DNA of 64,000 bases, taken from Glaucostegus cemiculus (taxonomy: Eukaryota). The notes beneath the pieces were generated by a model. It was not told where the DNA came from and did no database searches. It saw only the letters and a program-made list of their open reading frames with translations. Positions within the stretch are counted from its first letter, which is position 1; the number at the start of each line of letters is the position of its first letter. Positions 1 through 16,130 of this stretch are shown here, piece after piece. Position numbers and translations under genes: made by a program. The stretch covers positions 22,134,001 to 22,198,000 of the forward strand of contig CDPCPM010000114.1 in NCBI GenBank assembly GCA_976551045.1. Direction: 5' to 3'.

Positions 1-592
1 AGTACTACAGTGACTACCAGAGAAGGTTGTGGTCATAAATTGCTGTGCTATTTGCTTTATGACAGAAAGTAAGTCGTCTTTATAGTGCTACTCAATGGGA
101 ATCTATTGCTATTAACAGAGGAGGTCTGTATTATTTTATTGCACTCATATAGCAAGATCAAATGAATGCAAGATTCAAACCACTACACTCCACTGTAAAT
201 CTTACATTACCAAAACATAGCCACATTATATGGTTCTAATAATTTTGTTCTGGAGTTAGGGTTTCAATTGCTTTACTATTTACACACTATTTACAAAAGC
301 AAATGATATGGGGCTAGTGCAGGAAACTATAGCCAGTCATTATCTTATTGAATGGTGGAGCACAAGCAGCTGAATGGCTTACTCCTGCTTCTATTTCTTA
401 TGCTTGTTTAAGACTCAGTGAGTTTTCTGGTCTGTAACTACACCTTTTAAAGAACAAGCAAAAATAGTGCCTTATTAACATAAAAAATATACAGATCTTC
501 TGAATCTGAAATAATAAATTGCAACTTCCTTGTAAAATAAACAGAATTCCTTTTATTATAATTCATCAAAAATGTCAATTAAGTCTCCTTAC

Positions 593-622
593 CTGAAGAA
601 TGGCATCTAATGTTATATTTTG
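593..622 (-). CDS. KPNA3: Importin alpha (karyopherin alpha 3), coding exon 4 (QNITLDAILQ); gene continues left of the window
   Basis: 30-bp exon with AG acceptor (623-624) and GT donor (591-592), phase 0. Matches recalled human KPNA3 QNVTLEAILQ. Confidence 0.9.
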
Positions 623-940
623 CTAGAAAGAAAATTAAAACCAAAATTAGATGATGCATTATTAGAAATATTATTTGGAGTGTTTATAAATCTATGCATG
701 AGATGTCAGAATTCAGAGCACACAGTATGATACACTGCCCATGCCAGATATTCCCAAATCTTCCTTAAAGTATTTCCCCTTCCAGATTTACCAGCTGTTG
801 ATGTACTGTAACAGAATGTTTCATATTATATCCCCTGAAATACCAACTATTTATGATGTTGTTAAACAAACCTCATCATTCCCCAGGAATCCAATAGTTC
901 AAATCAAACTACTTTGGCCAACTATGTTTGAAAGAACACA

Positions 941-2150
941 CCATAAGAGTCATAGAGCAATACACAACAGATACAGGCCCTTCAATCTAAAGTGTCCATG
1001 CCAACCACGGTGCCCACCCAGCTAGTCCCAATTTCCTGCGTTCAGCCCATATCACTCTAAACCCCGCCCCTTCATTTACCTATCCAAGGACTTCTTAAAT
1101 GATACCATTGTATCTGCTTCAACCACTTCCTCTGGCAGCCCATTCCATATGCTCACCACTCTCTGTGTGGAAAAAGTTGCCCCTCCGATCCTTTTTAACC
1201 CTTTCCCCTCTCACTCTAAACCTATGTCCCCTAGTTTTAGACTCCCCTACCTTGGGGAAAAGACTGTTATCATCCACCTTCTCTACGCCTCTCATAATTT
1301 TAAACACTTCTATAGGGTTGCCCCTCATTCTCCTAAGTTCCAAGGAATAAAGACCTAGCCTGGCCAATCTTTCCCTATAACTCAGGCCCTCTGATCCTGG
1401 CAACATCCTCGTAAATCTTCTCTGCACTCCTTCCAATTTAACCACACCTTTCCTATAATGGGGTGACCAAAACTGTACACAGTTCTCCAAGTGTGGCCTC
1501 ACCAACAACTTATACAACTGCAACATAATGTCCCAATGCTTATACTCAGTGCCCTGACTGATGAAGGCCAGCATGCTAAACACTTTTTTCACCACCATGT
1601 CTACCTGTGACGCCACTTTCAATGAACTATGTACTTGTACTCCTAAGTCCCTCTGTTCCATAACACTCCCTAGTGCCCTACCACTCATAGTATAAGTCCT
1701 ACACTGGTCTGACTTTCCAAAATGCATCACCTCACACTTATCTGTATTGAAATCCATTTGCCACTCCTCGGCCCACTTCCCTAATTGATCAAGATCCCGC
1801 TGTAATCTACGATAACCTTCTTCACTATCAACACCTCCTAATTTAGAGTCATCCGCAAACTTACTGATCATGCCCTGTGCATTTACATCCAAATCATTTA
1901 TATAAATAACAAATAACAAGGGTCCTAACACCGACCCCTGGGGCACACCACTAGTCACCAACATCCATTCCGAGAAGCAACCTTCAACCACTACCCTCTG
2001 TTTCCTACCTCCGAGCCAATCTTGAATCCACCTAACAAGTTCTCCCTGGATTCCATGGGACCTAACCTTCCAGACCAGCCTACCATGTGGGACCTTGTCG
2101 AAGGCCTTGCTAAAGTTCAGACAACATCCAATGCCCTACCCTCATTTATC
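941..2150 (-). mobile_element. CR1-type LINE, 5'-truncated (RT C-terminal part plus 3' UTR)
   Basis: ORF 1119-1991 with SGVPQGSVLGPLLF, KFADD, LVRPHLE motifs. Confidence 0.93.
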
Positions 2151-4336
2151 TTTTTGGGTACACCAGAATAACAGCAAAAAAAAACTGAACATGTTGGAAA
2201 TCTTAAATAAGAACAGAAAATACTGAAAATACTCAGGAGGTCATGCAGCATCTTGGAGGACAAAATCAGGGTTGAATGCAATGACCTTTCAGGACATAAG
2301 AATCTTGGTGACTAATTTAATAATCAACATATCTTTCAATTTAAAAAAATCCTAAAAGTAGTGAAATAGCACAAAAACAGAAGACATACAAGATTAACAT
2401 AACATTAATACATATCATTATGCTAATACTTTAATGTACAATTTCTTTTGTAAATATAGTTTGTTATTATTGAGTTGATTCATACTACAAGTGCTGGGCC
2501 TGTAGCTGTTGAAAGCTAATAAAAGATGTTTTGATTTATGTCAATGTCTGGAAAACCTGCACAAAGTAAAATAGTTAATTTATTCAAGTCCACTGAACAT
2601 TCTACTTGCACATATCTCAAAATTTTCTGCAATAAGATTGAGGAGAACTGCCAATTTGCTTCAGTAAGTGCATTCTTATTATGAAGGTAAGTTTAGCAAT
2701 TCTACTATATCAATAATAACTTTAATGCTACTTTAATTTGCAGATTAGATACCAAAGGCTTAATCCAAACATAATCCATGTCATTTACATGAATGATTTA
2801 CAGTAGTGTGCTGGGAGACAATTACATCACTCAGTCCTTGGAGAAGCCCAACGTTTGAGTAGTTAACCATAGAGAAGAAATCACTCTTTGAGTAACAACA
2901 GTCGGGAGACAAAATAAACACCCATTCTGCACCTTTGCATGGTAGAATGGTAAGACAAGTGACAGAAGGCATAGAGTTGAGTTACAAAGTTCAAATTAAA
3001 TTTTGGGGAATAAGGTAATTGCCATTAGCCCATATTAAGTTAAAATCTGTTGTGATGGAAATTAAATCTGTGTCATCTGCTGTGCAGCTCTGGAAATACC
3101 ATGCTTACATGCAGAACTAAGTGCTCCACTTGGGAAAGCCTGGTATATGGCCTAAAGGTAACAATTCCAAGCAGTTTATGGTGTTCATCTACCTATTTAA
3201 TTCCATTGTCAGAATACTTCAGCACAATATCTTTTTCACAAAAAGCTCCTACAGCAGGGTTTGTCAGCTCCAGGAGGTAAGATGAATTTAGCACAACAAA
3301 TAAACAGTGTTAAATGTTTCCTCACTGTACTTAGACTGAGCCATTAATAAATCCAGAATGAGAGAGAAATGTAATAAATAACCATGTTATGTGAAATTGA
3401 ATCAGGCAAAGCAAATCATTAAAGAAAATCTTACTTTTTGTCTTAATTTACTCTCCAAAAAAAATCAGTTATCATCTGCAACTGAATTCATCTGTTCCAA
3501 TTTATCAGGCATCTTTATAAATACAAATTCAAGTCACAAAATCAAATAAAATAAATTTGGCCAAAATGCTGCAAAACAATAATTTACATCCACCTCAAAT
3601 CAAGTGAATTTTTATTTGTTTTCAGACTTTTTTTTAGGGATAGGGGCTAAGTTTAGGGCCAGGAGACCACATTTGTGAAGTTAAGCTAGTCATGTGTAAA
3701 GTTAGTAAGGGATTTGCTTGCTTTAAGTTCATGTCTGGTCATCTTGGTTAAAGATGACCATTATACTTCTGCAATAAAAAGCCAAGAGAAGATTTTGCAA
3801 AAATCAAATCTAAGAGCGGCACAATTTTGTGATTGCATGAGTTTGAATCTTCCACTTTAGTAAATGTCACAATGACATGGTGATTTGTTTCATTGTAAAA
3901 GAATGTTCCTGTGGCTGTTTAACAAAATGGCATTAGAGAAAATCATAAGACAATGTACACAAGTCACAACAAAAATTATTTGCAAAATTCTAGAGTTTTC
4001 AGTTTTTAAACTTATGATTGAGCTTGCTTCATATCCTAAACTTCAATACATGTTTCACATACAAAATGTAGTGTCACCTCCAATCACAACCGCAAAATTT
4101 TGCTACCATGTCATCTTGGAAATACTTGTTGAATTGTATTGAGGAAGAGTACTTTGCACTGCGTATCACTCTGATCAAGTGCAGATGATTAAACCAACCT
4201 GGATCTTGCTAACAAACAAATTACTATTTTAAAGTTTACTGTACAATAATTAAATGGAAGGCTTTTCCAGCCATAAATGCCTTAATTTGTGTTCATCTGA
4301 TTAGAAAACTATTTATAAAAATGGTATTTATACTTA

Positions 4337-4537
<201 letters not shown>

Positions 4538-7500
4538 TCACTGCTCAGTTTCACATTGAGCAACAGAAAGACAACTTTTAAAATATGTAATTTTGACAAA
4601 ATTGAAATTAGAATCAAACCAAAAATATCATTTTTCTCCTGGACAACAAAAAGTAGGTAGAATTAAGTGGGATTCAATGGTGATACAAAATTTTGTTGAA
4701 CAACACAATTGTGATCCATGTAGGTAGAGCATACGGCACTCTCATATTTAACAAACCATATCTTCAAGATCACAGGCCAGATTTTCCAGGGTTCACCCCA
4801 TCTTGTATCCAAATCTGCAAATTACAGAAGTTTTATCAACTGTCCCAATATATTGGCTTAGTGATAACCTTTCCATCTCAAAATAAAATGAGTTCAAGCT
4901 CCACATAAGGAACTGCATACACAATCTAAATGGACACTTCATTCAAGAAACCAGCCTGATTGATGTAACGAAATAGAAAGCGTAAGTATTAATAAGCACA
5001 TCAAGGGGAAGCAAAGATTGCAAAGGTACAGGGGACTATTTACCAGCAACAGTTGGATATGCAAAGACAAGCAAATGGTAGAATTACCAAGTTGTTTTGT
5101 GAGCCCTGGATCATCAGAAAGAGGTGCAAAGGAGGAAGGGGTGCCTGATTTAGAGAACAGTACAAGAAACATAGGTGACTGAAATCTCCCAAGTAGCACA
5201 AGGTGAATCAGGAAGAAAGGCAGAAAAACCTGAAAGATTCCAGCTCTGATAACATCTACATAATAGCACTGTTCAAATAGAGTAAGGAGTTTTCGCTGGT
5301 GTTTTCAAAGGACACCAGAACTGGATAAAGTCACAACAGATGAGAAAGTAATAAGAAATTACTCTTGCATCTTAACTATGCAAATGATGAATTAATAATT
5401 TGTACATTGATTTGTTTTTTCACAAAATGGATCCATTTAATTTTTAAACTTAAATATTTAAGGCTACTTATTTGAAACATACTCCTAGTGCATTACAGTT
5501 ATATGACATGTAAACTACCATACCCAAGTGGAAAAAAATTTCATGCCCAAATTATTTAGCTTTAGGTTCTTCATTTGTTGAAAATTACTTCTGAAAAGAT
5601 ACTCTTGAAATGCTCCTTACAACATATTTACTGCAGCTGTCTGTAGCTGTGACACCTTACTCTGTACTGTTATTGTTTTTACCTGTACTACATCAATGCA
5701 CTCTGTACTAACTCAATGTAATTGCACTGTGTAATGAATTGACCTGTAAGATCGGTATGCAAGACAAGTTTTTCACTGTACCTCGGTACAAGTGACAATA
5801 ATAAACCAATACCAATAATTGAATGGGTTGAAAATCATTAAGTGGGTCCAAATGATTCCTGCAAATGCTTGTTGTCCTTGTTAAATTAGGAACAGTCAAT
5901 ATCCATCCCTAGTTCCCTTGAGAAGATCTGTCAGCCTTCTCACTACCACTGCATATTGTGGTTCAATGCAACAGCAGGAGTGTGGAATGACGGGAATGCA
6001 CTATAAAAAACTGGCGTAGACCCAATGGGCTGAAGAGCCTCCTTTTGTGCTGTGACAATGCTATAACACAAGAATACAACCTGAGCATGCAGCAAGAATC
6101 AAGATGACTCTGAGTCACATGGATCCAGGACAATCTGGTCTGTGAAAGCACATGGTGGAGGGACAGTGGGACTTCAATTGGATTTTTACCACAATCTGAC
6201 TGATATTAGCTTTTATTTTGCTGTGATGTTGCCATTGCTCTTTGACTAGTAGTTCAGTAACAGATGACATCATACTATCACATCTGCACAGAACTTCTGA
6301 AACTTCATTTAAAATGCCTTCTACAAATGAGTTGATTTACATTGTACATCACTGTAATGTAAACAAAAAATTCTGGAAACACTCAGAACTGCCACCTGAA
6401 GTGGTAACCATTTTTCGTTTAACAGATGTTGCCTGACTTGCTGAGTTTTGAAGTATTTTCTGCTTTTCGGATTTCCAACATCTGCAGCATTTTTAAAATT
6501 TTCATTTATTGTAAATAACTTCTTAATTATGGAATCCTATTGGCTCAGTGTTTATAATGAAATGACAATTAATTCTCAAATGGATGACTTGCTCAGTCAC
6601 AATCCTAGAGTTTTATATTTAATGACCTTATAGACCTTACTTGATTAAATTGATTATCTCCAGCATCCAGCAAAGTTGCATTCCATTTTGTGCAGAGCCA
6701 ATCAAGCAATCTTTTCAGATTTGAAACAAGAATAAATTTAATCTGCACTATACTTCCTACTTACCTGCCAAAACAAATTTCTTTGAACTATATACCCATG
6801 TTATCTTGTAGTACTGCTCATTGAACCACAAAACATAGAAATCTAACCAGGTGGCAAATGGATTACATTACTAGATCTAGCTTGATTAAAAACCTTCCCA
6901 GTCCCTAAAATATAGAATTCGTATAAATTTTACTGTGGGTTTATTGCCTCCAATAGCAGGCTCTGACCATTGACAAATCAACTCAACATCTGCTCTCAAG
7001 TTAACATGAAAGCAATCAAACTAGTTCAGGTCCATTTACACAGCAGAATAGAATGATCTATGCCAGCATTCTTATTTCAATAATCAGTTATGCACATGCA
7101 TACCTCTTCATACCCAAATGATTAAATGCAATCAGATAATGTCCATTTAGTCCAACTTTTTAAAATCTTCCAAAGATTAAGAACAAGTTTGGTTTACAGA
7201 ACCTAATATTAAGACAGAGTTGGTGAGATAACCTTATATTTGTTTACTGCAGATCTTGAAAGACCAGCACCTATGTTTTAGAAAATTCTCATTGGAACAG
7301 CACAATCTTATTTTGCTATGAGTCTATCATTATGCCACCAGAGAAAGAACATCAGATTCAGGGGAATAAGTCAGAAGAGGTTTTACACAGTCTAGTAGGC
7401 AATGGAAACTGAACACAAATGGAAAAATCACCTTGTTAAAAGATTGCACCCACACGAGTCTAGTTAGTTAGTCTAGTCGAGTCTAGTCTAGCAAGGTTTA

Positions 7501-10500
7501 TGGTTGTCGGTGAGGGGGAGGAATGGTATGCAGGGAAATCCCATTAGTAATTACATGGTAATGCATACTGCCAAGTCTACAAGTGTGGCCTCTAAAGACA
7601 GGATTGCATTTCGTCACATTCCAGTGCTCACAATCTGTCCTGCACAAGGATTAATTATTCAGATATTGGAATGGCACTCAGCCAATTCCAATTAAACCAT
7701 TGAAGCTGGGGGTATGTTTTAAAAACTAAATCATATCTTGACTGCCCTGCAAAAAGACTATAAAAGAATGCCAGTCAGATTGCCACAGCTTTAGTATAGA
7801 GACATGAAGTGAATATAACCAGGAAGAGGGTAAGCACATATTACTGATTGCATAGACAGTGACACTGAGCTTTTACAGGCATGCTGAGTGATGGCATTAT
7901 CAACTAGTGTAATACAGATAGTATGAGTTTGCAAAATAAGTCTACTCAGATAAATAGCAGATTGGAACCTGGGCAGTTAACAGTTTGCTTTCAGACGTGC
8001 ATTCACCAATACGACCCCAAGATAAAAACAGAGAATGCTGGAAACTTCCTGCTGGATCCTGCAAGTCATGCGGGATATATGGAGAAGAAACAAGGTTAAT
8101 GTTAACGTTTCAGGTCAATAACTTTTTGCCAGAAGTTAATAGTACATTGTAGTATTGGTCTGCTAACCAAAAGCACATGGAAATCTAAACCTGCACTTCC
8201 AACAATACTTTTTAAGCTAGTACATCAGGATTTTTCATATTCCCAATAGCCAACCATCAATATGACATCAAATTGTCCCATTTTTGTCACACATTTGTCA
8301 CACTATAACACTTAGCTAAGATGTTCCCAGATTAGTAGGAAGAAACAGAGAAATGGAGTGGGTCACCGGCTTTTCTAGTTCATTGCTATTTTTAGGTTGA
8401 GGTTGGGAATATATAACTTCATACTTACTCTAATACTACTGTCATGACAAACAGAAAACAAAAGAACTTGGGAATCTGTGGTACAGCACTATAAACAACT
8501 GTGAAAGCTGTCCTACTGTCATAAAAAAAACCCAACCAACTAAAAGTAATGCATTTTACAGCAAGTACTGCGATCATTGATCCTTAAACTATTTTTCCCA
8601 CTCCCTACCTATATGCCTAAACAATAAAATAACTTTTTCTTCCTTCCCTCAGTGTAATGAATCATATAAACTCAAAAATAGGAGAAGCTTCCCCACTTAC
8701 AAAATTTACATACACAAGCATTCACTTTTAAAGGGAGACCATGAGGAAAGAAATTGTAGGGCTTATTAACTCACTTTCATTATCACTACTACTTGGTCTT
8801 AAACATGCTAGGGTAGGAATTGATGTATATTATATGCACTGATTGTGCACTTCAGTAATCTTTTTTCAAAAATTGAGCATGATATATATACATTGCTGCA
8901 TCATAACAGTTAGGGAAAGATAATAATGCCCTTCCAATGTCACCCACATTCTCAATAAATCTGTACTCTACGCTATTAACACCTATGGCACAACTACATC
9001 AGACACATATGGCCAAATTTTGGAAACGTAGATTATCTGTCAATTTCTTATGATCCACTGGGAAGGCTGCAGAGTATACTATCTACAAAATAGAAAGCAG
9101 TAACTCACCAAGACTGACCTAACAACACCATCCAAATTCACGACTTGTATTATCAAGAACGACTGGGGCAGCAGGGGCATGGGAATATCATCACTCTAAG
9201 CCCCATTCCAAGTTGCACACTGTTTTGAAATGTATCAATGCTCTTTTGCTGTCATTTGGTCCAAATCATGGAATTGTCTCCCCAAAGGTATTGCACAAAT
9301 CTCTTCAAAAGGAGGACAGCAAGAGTTTAAGGTGTCAGCCCACCATCACCTTTTCGCGAGCAATTAGGAATGGGAAGCCTTGTCAGTGAGACGGAGATGC
9401 CAAGAAATTAATAATAAAAAACAACTGTATGACAAGTTAAACAAGAGACAGAAGAGATTCTACTAAAAAATCTTTATAATGTCTGACCCATACCAGGCTA
9501 GGTAATTAACAGTAGATACTGCCTGAATAAATTTATAGTGTCCATACCATAATTATTACCACATTGTGGATATGACTGTGGATTCAACACAAGGTGCACG
9601 GCAATCATCTTTTTGCATGGGCTGGTATCACCAAGAAACAAAATAATAGCACATTATGTTCCATAACAAAAAGGGAAGTGGTGCTTATAAAGAAAGTTAA
9701 GAAGGGTAAGGGGGTCATGAAAAATCACTCACAGACAGGATTAAGGAAAATCCAAAAGACATTCTGGAAGTATACTAAGGGCAAAAGAATAATCAGGGAA
9801 AAAGTAGGACCAATTAGAAACAACACGGACTACCTGTAAATGGAGACAGAGGTAAAGGTGGAGTTCTAAATAAATACTCTGCAGGAAACATTTCCTCATA
9901 TCAGAAGCAGATAAAACTTGAGAACATAGATTTAGTGTAAGTGGGAAGAGACTCAGAGGGGACTGTCTTTACCCAGAGAGTGGCAAGTACCTGGAATGTG
10001 CTGCCTGAGAGTGGTTGAAGCTGGATAGCTAAGAGCATTTAAGAAGTGTCAAGATGAGCACTTGAATCACTTAGGCATAGAAGGCGATGGACCAAGTGCT
10101 GGGAAATAGGGTTAACAGGAAGGATGCCCACTGGTCAGTGTGAATGAGTTGGACTGAATAGCTTGTTTCTATGCTGTGTAATTCTATAACAGAGTTCAAA
10201 CGGTTAACTTATCAGGGCAGTTTATTACAATACAAACTTAATTTGTATTCCCTTGAATTTAAAAAGTTAAGAGATGACCTAAATCAAGATGTTTCAACTA
10301 ACAGGATTTGTGCAGAATAAGTACAATGAAATAATTCAATCTGGTAAGGAATCCAAAGGACACAATGATCACTACTGATGGGCAGATCTTCAGCTCTAAA
10401 GTTCTCTCCATAAACCTCACTTCTCTTACCTCCTTTAACGGGAACAATTTTAAAATTAAAGCAAAAATTGAACGGCTGGAGGAGCTCAGCAAGTCGAGCT

Positions 10501-13500
10501 GCACTTGTGAAGGCAAAGGGATAATTGATATTTCAAGTCGAGACCCTGAGTTTTTCCAGCAGTTTGTTTTTTGCTCCAGATTATGGCGTCTGCAGTCTCT
10601 TGTATCTCAATCTTAAAGTTAGAGCTAGGCTGAATGAAGGAGGAAACATTTTTCCACTAGAAAAGTATATAAAATCTGGCATATTCTCTCCCAAAAACTG
10701 TGGTTAATGGTATATGCATCAATTGATATGTTCAAGACTCGAGATCAATGGGCTTCCGGTGGCGTTAAGGAACTTGGATCATGGATTAGTGGAGCCGAGG
10801 CACTGATCAGCTATGATCTAACTGAATACTTGTTTGCATTCCTGTATTTCAACACAAGTCAGCAGTCTGAGACAGGCCACAGAGATGGGTGCTGGCATTT
10901 ACTGAGAAAAGGCATAGCAGATCTTGGCTAAAGCTAGGTATCAAAAAGCAAAATTCACAGGATACCTTCACAACAAAGTAGTTACTGCAAATCTGAGATA
11001 GTACACTGGAGGATTCTAGTGTACATCATGCACCGATCTGGATAGTTAGATTCCAGGCTCAGTTCTGCCATTGTAACAAGCATTTAAAGATCAGGTTTGC
11101 CAATGGAATTACAGGAGGAGGATAATTCCCAGTCATTCTTACAACACGATTAAAACATGTTATCTATGACCTTCATGAAATGCACAAACTTTAAGGGGGC
11201 TTGACAAGGAAAAGGTGAAGAGGATATTTCTCTCCTGAAGGAATACAGGAGGCAAAGTTTCAGAATAAAGGGGTCCCACTTAAAGCAGAGATGATAAAGA
11301 GGAATTTCTTTGCTCAGAGGATTGTGAATTTTTGCAATTCTCTACCTCAGAGAGCTGCGTGGCTGAATCAATAAATATATTCAAGATTGGGACAATTTTT
11401 GGTAAATCAAAGTATATGAATACAGGCAGTAAAGCAGAGCCAAGGCCCAGATCAGAATAGCCATGATATTATTAAGTAGCAAAGAAGTCTCCAGGCCCAT
11501 ATAATTTCCTGGTGTTCTGCATGAGCACTCAGATCAGAGTCAAAAAATTGGAAATTCAAGTCCCACTTCTGACACTTCAGCTCAAAGTAAAAATTGGCAT
11601 TCCACTGTGTTGTGTGCTGTCAATGTTGTCAATTTAGTAAATAACACATTAAGTCAAGTCCAAATTAGTTACATTGATGCATGTATTTTTTATTGTTCAA
11701 AAGACTCTGACGTTGCAGGCTGAGATAGTGTTTATTCTCCAAAACACTCCAACTTTAACTCCCAGAGTGGCACTCCAGGTCATTATATAGGGCAATTAAA
11801 AGTCACACACATCAATGATTCTGGGACATACATAGTCCAAATTTGGTAAAGATGGCAAATTTTGTTCCCTGAAGAAAATTAGAGAAATTCAATTTTTTAA
11901 AATTACAATCAGTTGATTACATTGATGCAATTAGTGACACCAGCTTTCTATTTCAGATTTGTTTAACTATTTGGATGAAGACTCTTCAGTTGCCACAACA
12001 GGATTTAAAGTAATGCCACCAACATAAGACCAGGCCAATAAATTTTCCTTCAGCTAATTCCAAAAACAGATAATCAAGTCTACTACTACACTACTTCTTG
12101 TGGCAAGATTCCCAGTGCAAAATTAGCAATCAAATTTCCTATGTGTCAGTAACTTAAGAAAATTGACTGTAAAGCAATTAGGAGATCATAAAAGGCAATT
12201 TATAGATGCCAGTTCATTCATTCTTGCTTGTAGTGTATGATAGAAATGTGGGAGGTTCTTCCATGCCTCTTAGCTGTGTTGGAAAAATGTACTGCAAAAA
12301 GTGCATGTAAGATAGACTGGTACATCCATAACATAGGAATTTCCTTGTGTTGGTAACATCACAAGCCTTTGGGAACATAATTTCTTTATTTCATATTTGA
12401 GACGTGGATGTCACTGAGAGCCAGTATTTAAAGTCCATCCCTAACCACTCTAAAGAAGATGTTGATGATGCCCACTTTAACTACCAGAGTCCTCGGGTTA
12501 CAAGTACTTCCACAAATCTCTTAGGCAGTGTGTTCCAGGATTTTGATGCAACAATACTGAAAGAAGTTCAATGTATATACAAGTCAGGATGCTGTGTAAC
12601 TCAAGGGTCCTTTCAGGTGGTGGTGTTTTCATGTGGCTGATGTCCTTGATCTTCTTGTTGGGATGGTTACAAGGTGCTGTCAATCTGGATGAAATTAATC
12701 ATGTTTAATTTCCTCCATCCTCTCTCCTTTTAGACATTCATTGATTTATTCAATTTTGCTCCTCTTCCTGTCAACCTAAGCAAAAGAAATACACCTTCCC
12801 TATAAAGTCAACCATACTTTACGTTGGCAAGGATGGGGCTAGAATTTAAAGTCTTCAATTATTGTGTTATTTCTACCTTGACAGTTTCGAAAACTTAACA
12901 AAATCCTAAATTTGTCAAAACAAAAACTGGCATTAATTGGCTGAAAAAAGCTACTTTGAATCTAATTTAAAGGACTAAATATTGAAGATCAATATAGTCA
13001 CATCAAAAAACATTAACCTCCGCTTCTCAAACTCAAAAGGTTATTTCATTGGCTCTTCCAAGGAAGTATTATGGTCTGTTGAGTTAGCTATTACATGGAC
13101 ACCATAGTGGACATAACACATTCTGTGTTGAGTTCACCCATGTCCTGGCAACATATACTCTCAATCAAAACCAGACATTCAGATTCTTTCTTCATTGCTG
13201 TTTGAGACATCATTGTTCACAAACAGATTGTAATGTTTCCATTAGTTACCACAGTGACCTCAACCAATGAAGTACTTTTAAATTGCTTTGGGACTTAATT
13301 CAGCTGTGAAGATTGTTACATAAATCCGCTCTTGTTTTAATTAAAATTTAACATTCTTGTGAGCAGATACCAGGACCCACATTTCAATTGCCAAAAGCTC
13401 TAAGTTCTAGTGGCTACTATTCAGCAGGTACTTTCCTGCTGTCATCACACAGTCACTTCAGGGCTCTCCACGCAGGCTGTGGTCATGGTAAATTCTGCAG

Positions 13501-15169
13501 CGATAGGAGGCAAAGAGATTTATTTCAGGAGGCACACTTTCTAGTTAACACATGACAAAAAAAACATTTATCAATAAACTTAAACCACCCCAACAACTCC
13601 AATATCAAACACTTCTCATTCAAATCTCTTCAGATCAACAAAGTATCAGAGATAAACATTACCTTCTAGCCTTTCCTAATTCTCTAACCTGTCTATTCTG
13701 CACTTTACCGAAGGTACTAAGGTCCTGGAAAACCAACACACTCGATCACTTCCTTTGCTACTGCTCATCAGTGGAACAATGCTCCTGATTAGTTATCCAC
13801 AGACAAAAGAAACGTTGGAGAAAGAGTGTAAATCTTTATATTGAGCCAAAAGCAAGGTTTACCTGCAAAAGTGCAAAATAGTATCAAAAACTTCAAACTG
13901 ATAGAGTCTGACCCAGAAACAGCAAAGTGTCAATCAATGCTCCTCACCTCTAATCTGATTCATAACAGATACCTTGCTCTGGACTGCAAAATCTAAAATT
14001 GCAATCTCTCCCCAACTATAGCCTACTATATCTTCATCCAATAGGTTATTAAAATAGCTGTTTAAACTTCATTCTATCATTTCCAAATCCATTCTATCAT
14101 TTCCAGTCCAACATCATTTTTGGCAAACGTGTCAGTGCTCACTCTGTTGAGCTTCCTTTTCAGCTGAGTATAAATCAGTTTTAGATGCTGATGAAAGGGC
14201 AATTACTGCACATTCACATTTGCATCTCCAGAAAACAGTTGACTGCAATGTACTCACTCATCAGAACCACATCTTAAATGTGCACAATTAGCATGACTAT
14301 ATACCTGGAGACTAATTGAATAATGTAAATTGTCCATGACAAATAACATATTATTTAGCAACAACTTGTATTTTATCTGACAACTATATATAGAAAAAAA
14401 GTTTTACATTTATTCAGTCAAATTGAGTCAAGGATATGGAGGCATCCTTGAAATGGTTGAAATTAAGCCATTGGCTAACAGAAGTCAATGTCAATCTACG
14501 AGACGAAGATGAGGGTTTATGTGGTCATGGTAAGTTCTGCAGCAATAGAGGCAAAGAGATTTCAGGAGGCACACTTTCCAGTTAGAAGACGGGCAGAATT
14601 CTGAAGCACCTGAAGTTTGCTGAGATTTAAGTGATGGAGTCTAGCCAGGAGTACATTGAAATACAGAGATACCATGATCTGGACCCCAGCATCTAAAATT
14701 GCAATCTCTCCCCAACTATAGCCTACTACATCCTCATTGAATAGGTTATTAAACCTAGAAGTAACAACATTGTGGATGAAGGTTTGAAGATAAAAGCACT
14801 ACACTAAATGGAAATCATATGCTGGGACTCTAATGTCAACTCAAAATGATGCACTGACATCCAATCAGAAGTAGACAGATAGAAAAAAACTCAGATATAA
14901 TCTGCCAAAGCTTCATGCAGATATGGAAGATTTGAGCTTCTAGGTACTTGAGAGATAAGCCACTAGATTTGTAAAGGATTTATGTACACCACTTATCAGT
15001 ATTTTATGTTGGCCTGCTACCAATAAAAAGACATATACACCTGACACTTAAGTGTTTATTACTGCAAACAAGCAGCCTATTCTCAATCATCAGTAATGTG
15101 ATGCAAACCTTGGTTGACAGTGCTATCAAGAGGTGCTTATTCACCAATAACCTACTCACCAACACATGA

Positions 15170-16130
15170 TTTAGGTTTCAACAGGACCTCCCAGCTCAGA
15201 TCACATCACAGCTCTGACCCAAGAGCTGAACTCTAGAGGTGTGGATGACTTGCCCTTGACATCAAGGCAGCATTTGACTGAGTGTGGCACCAAGGTGCCT
15301 GGTAAAACTTAAGATAATGAGCATCAAAAGGAAAACACTCAAATGGCTAGAGTCATAGTTCACACAAAGGAAGATGGAGGTCGATCATCCCTTCTACATA
15401 ACATCATTGAAGGAACTCCTCAGAGTGATGGCCTAGACAGAAGCAGCTGAAAATGGTTCAATCATAAGGTCAGAAGTGATCATAAGTTCTTCACCGACAA
15501 TTGCTCAGTATTTTATGTTGGTCTGCTACCAATAAAAATCCATTCACCATTCCTCAGCTAATGAAGCAGTCTGTGCCTGCATGCTGCAAAACCTAGAGAC
15601 ATTCAGGCATGGACAAGTAACATTCACAGCATCTCCAACAAGAGAGAGTCCAATCACCTACCCTCAACATTCAATGGCATTACCATTGCTAAAGCCCACC
15701 CCCCCACCACCACAGCCACTTAAATACCATGGCAACAAGAGCAGGTCAGAAGCTGGGTATCCTGAGACGACTGAGTCTCCAGCCAACATCCCAAGGCCGC
15801 TACAGGGCACAAACCTGGCGGGTGACACAATACTTTCCACCTGCCTAGGAGAGTGCAATGCCAATAACTCTCAAGAAGCTCAACATCACCCAGGACAAAG
15901 CAGCCCACCTGATTGGCATAACCACAAACTACCCTAAACATTCATTCCCTCCACCACTGACACACATTGACTGCAGTATATACCATCCTGATTTGGAAAT
16001 ATGTCATCCATCTTTCATCAGCATTGGATTTAAATCCTGAAACTCCATACCCAACAGTAATGTGGGAGTACCTTCACCAGAAGGACTGCAATGGTTCAAG
16101 AAGGCGACTCACTATCACTACCTGCTCGGC
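15170..16130 (+). mobile_element. Old degenerate LINE (CR1/L2 group)
   Basis: Remnant RT-like text (TLKKLNITQDKAAHLIG); also matches ~40450-40800. Confidence 0.65.
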
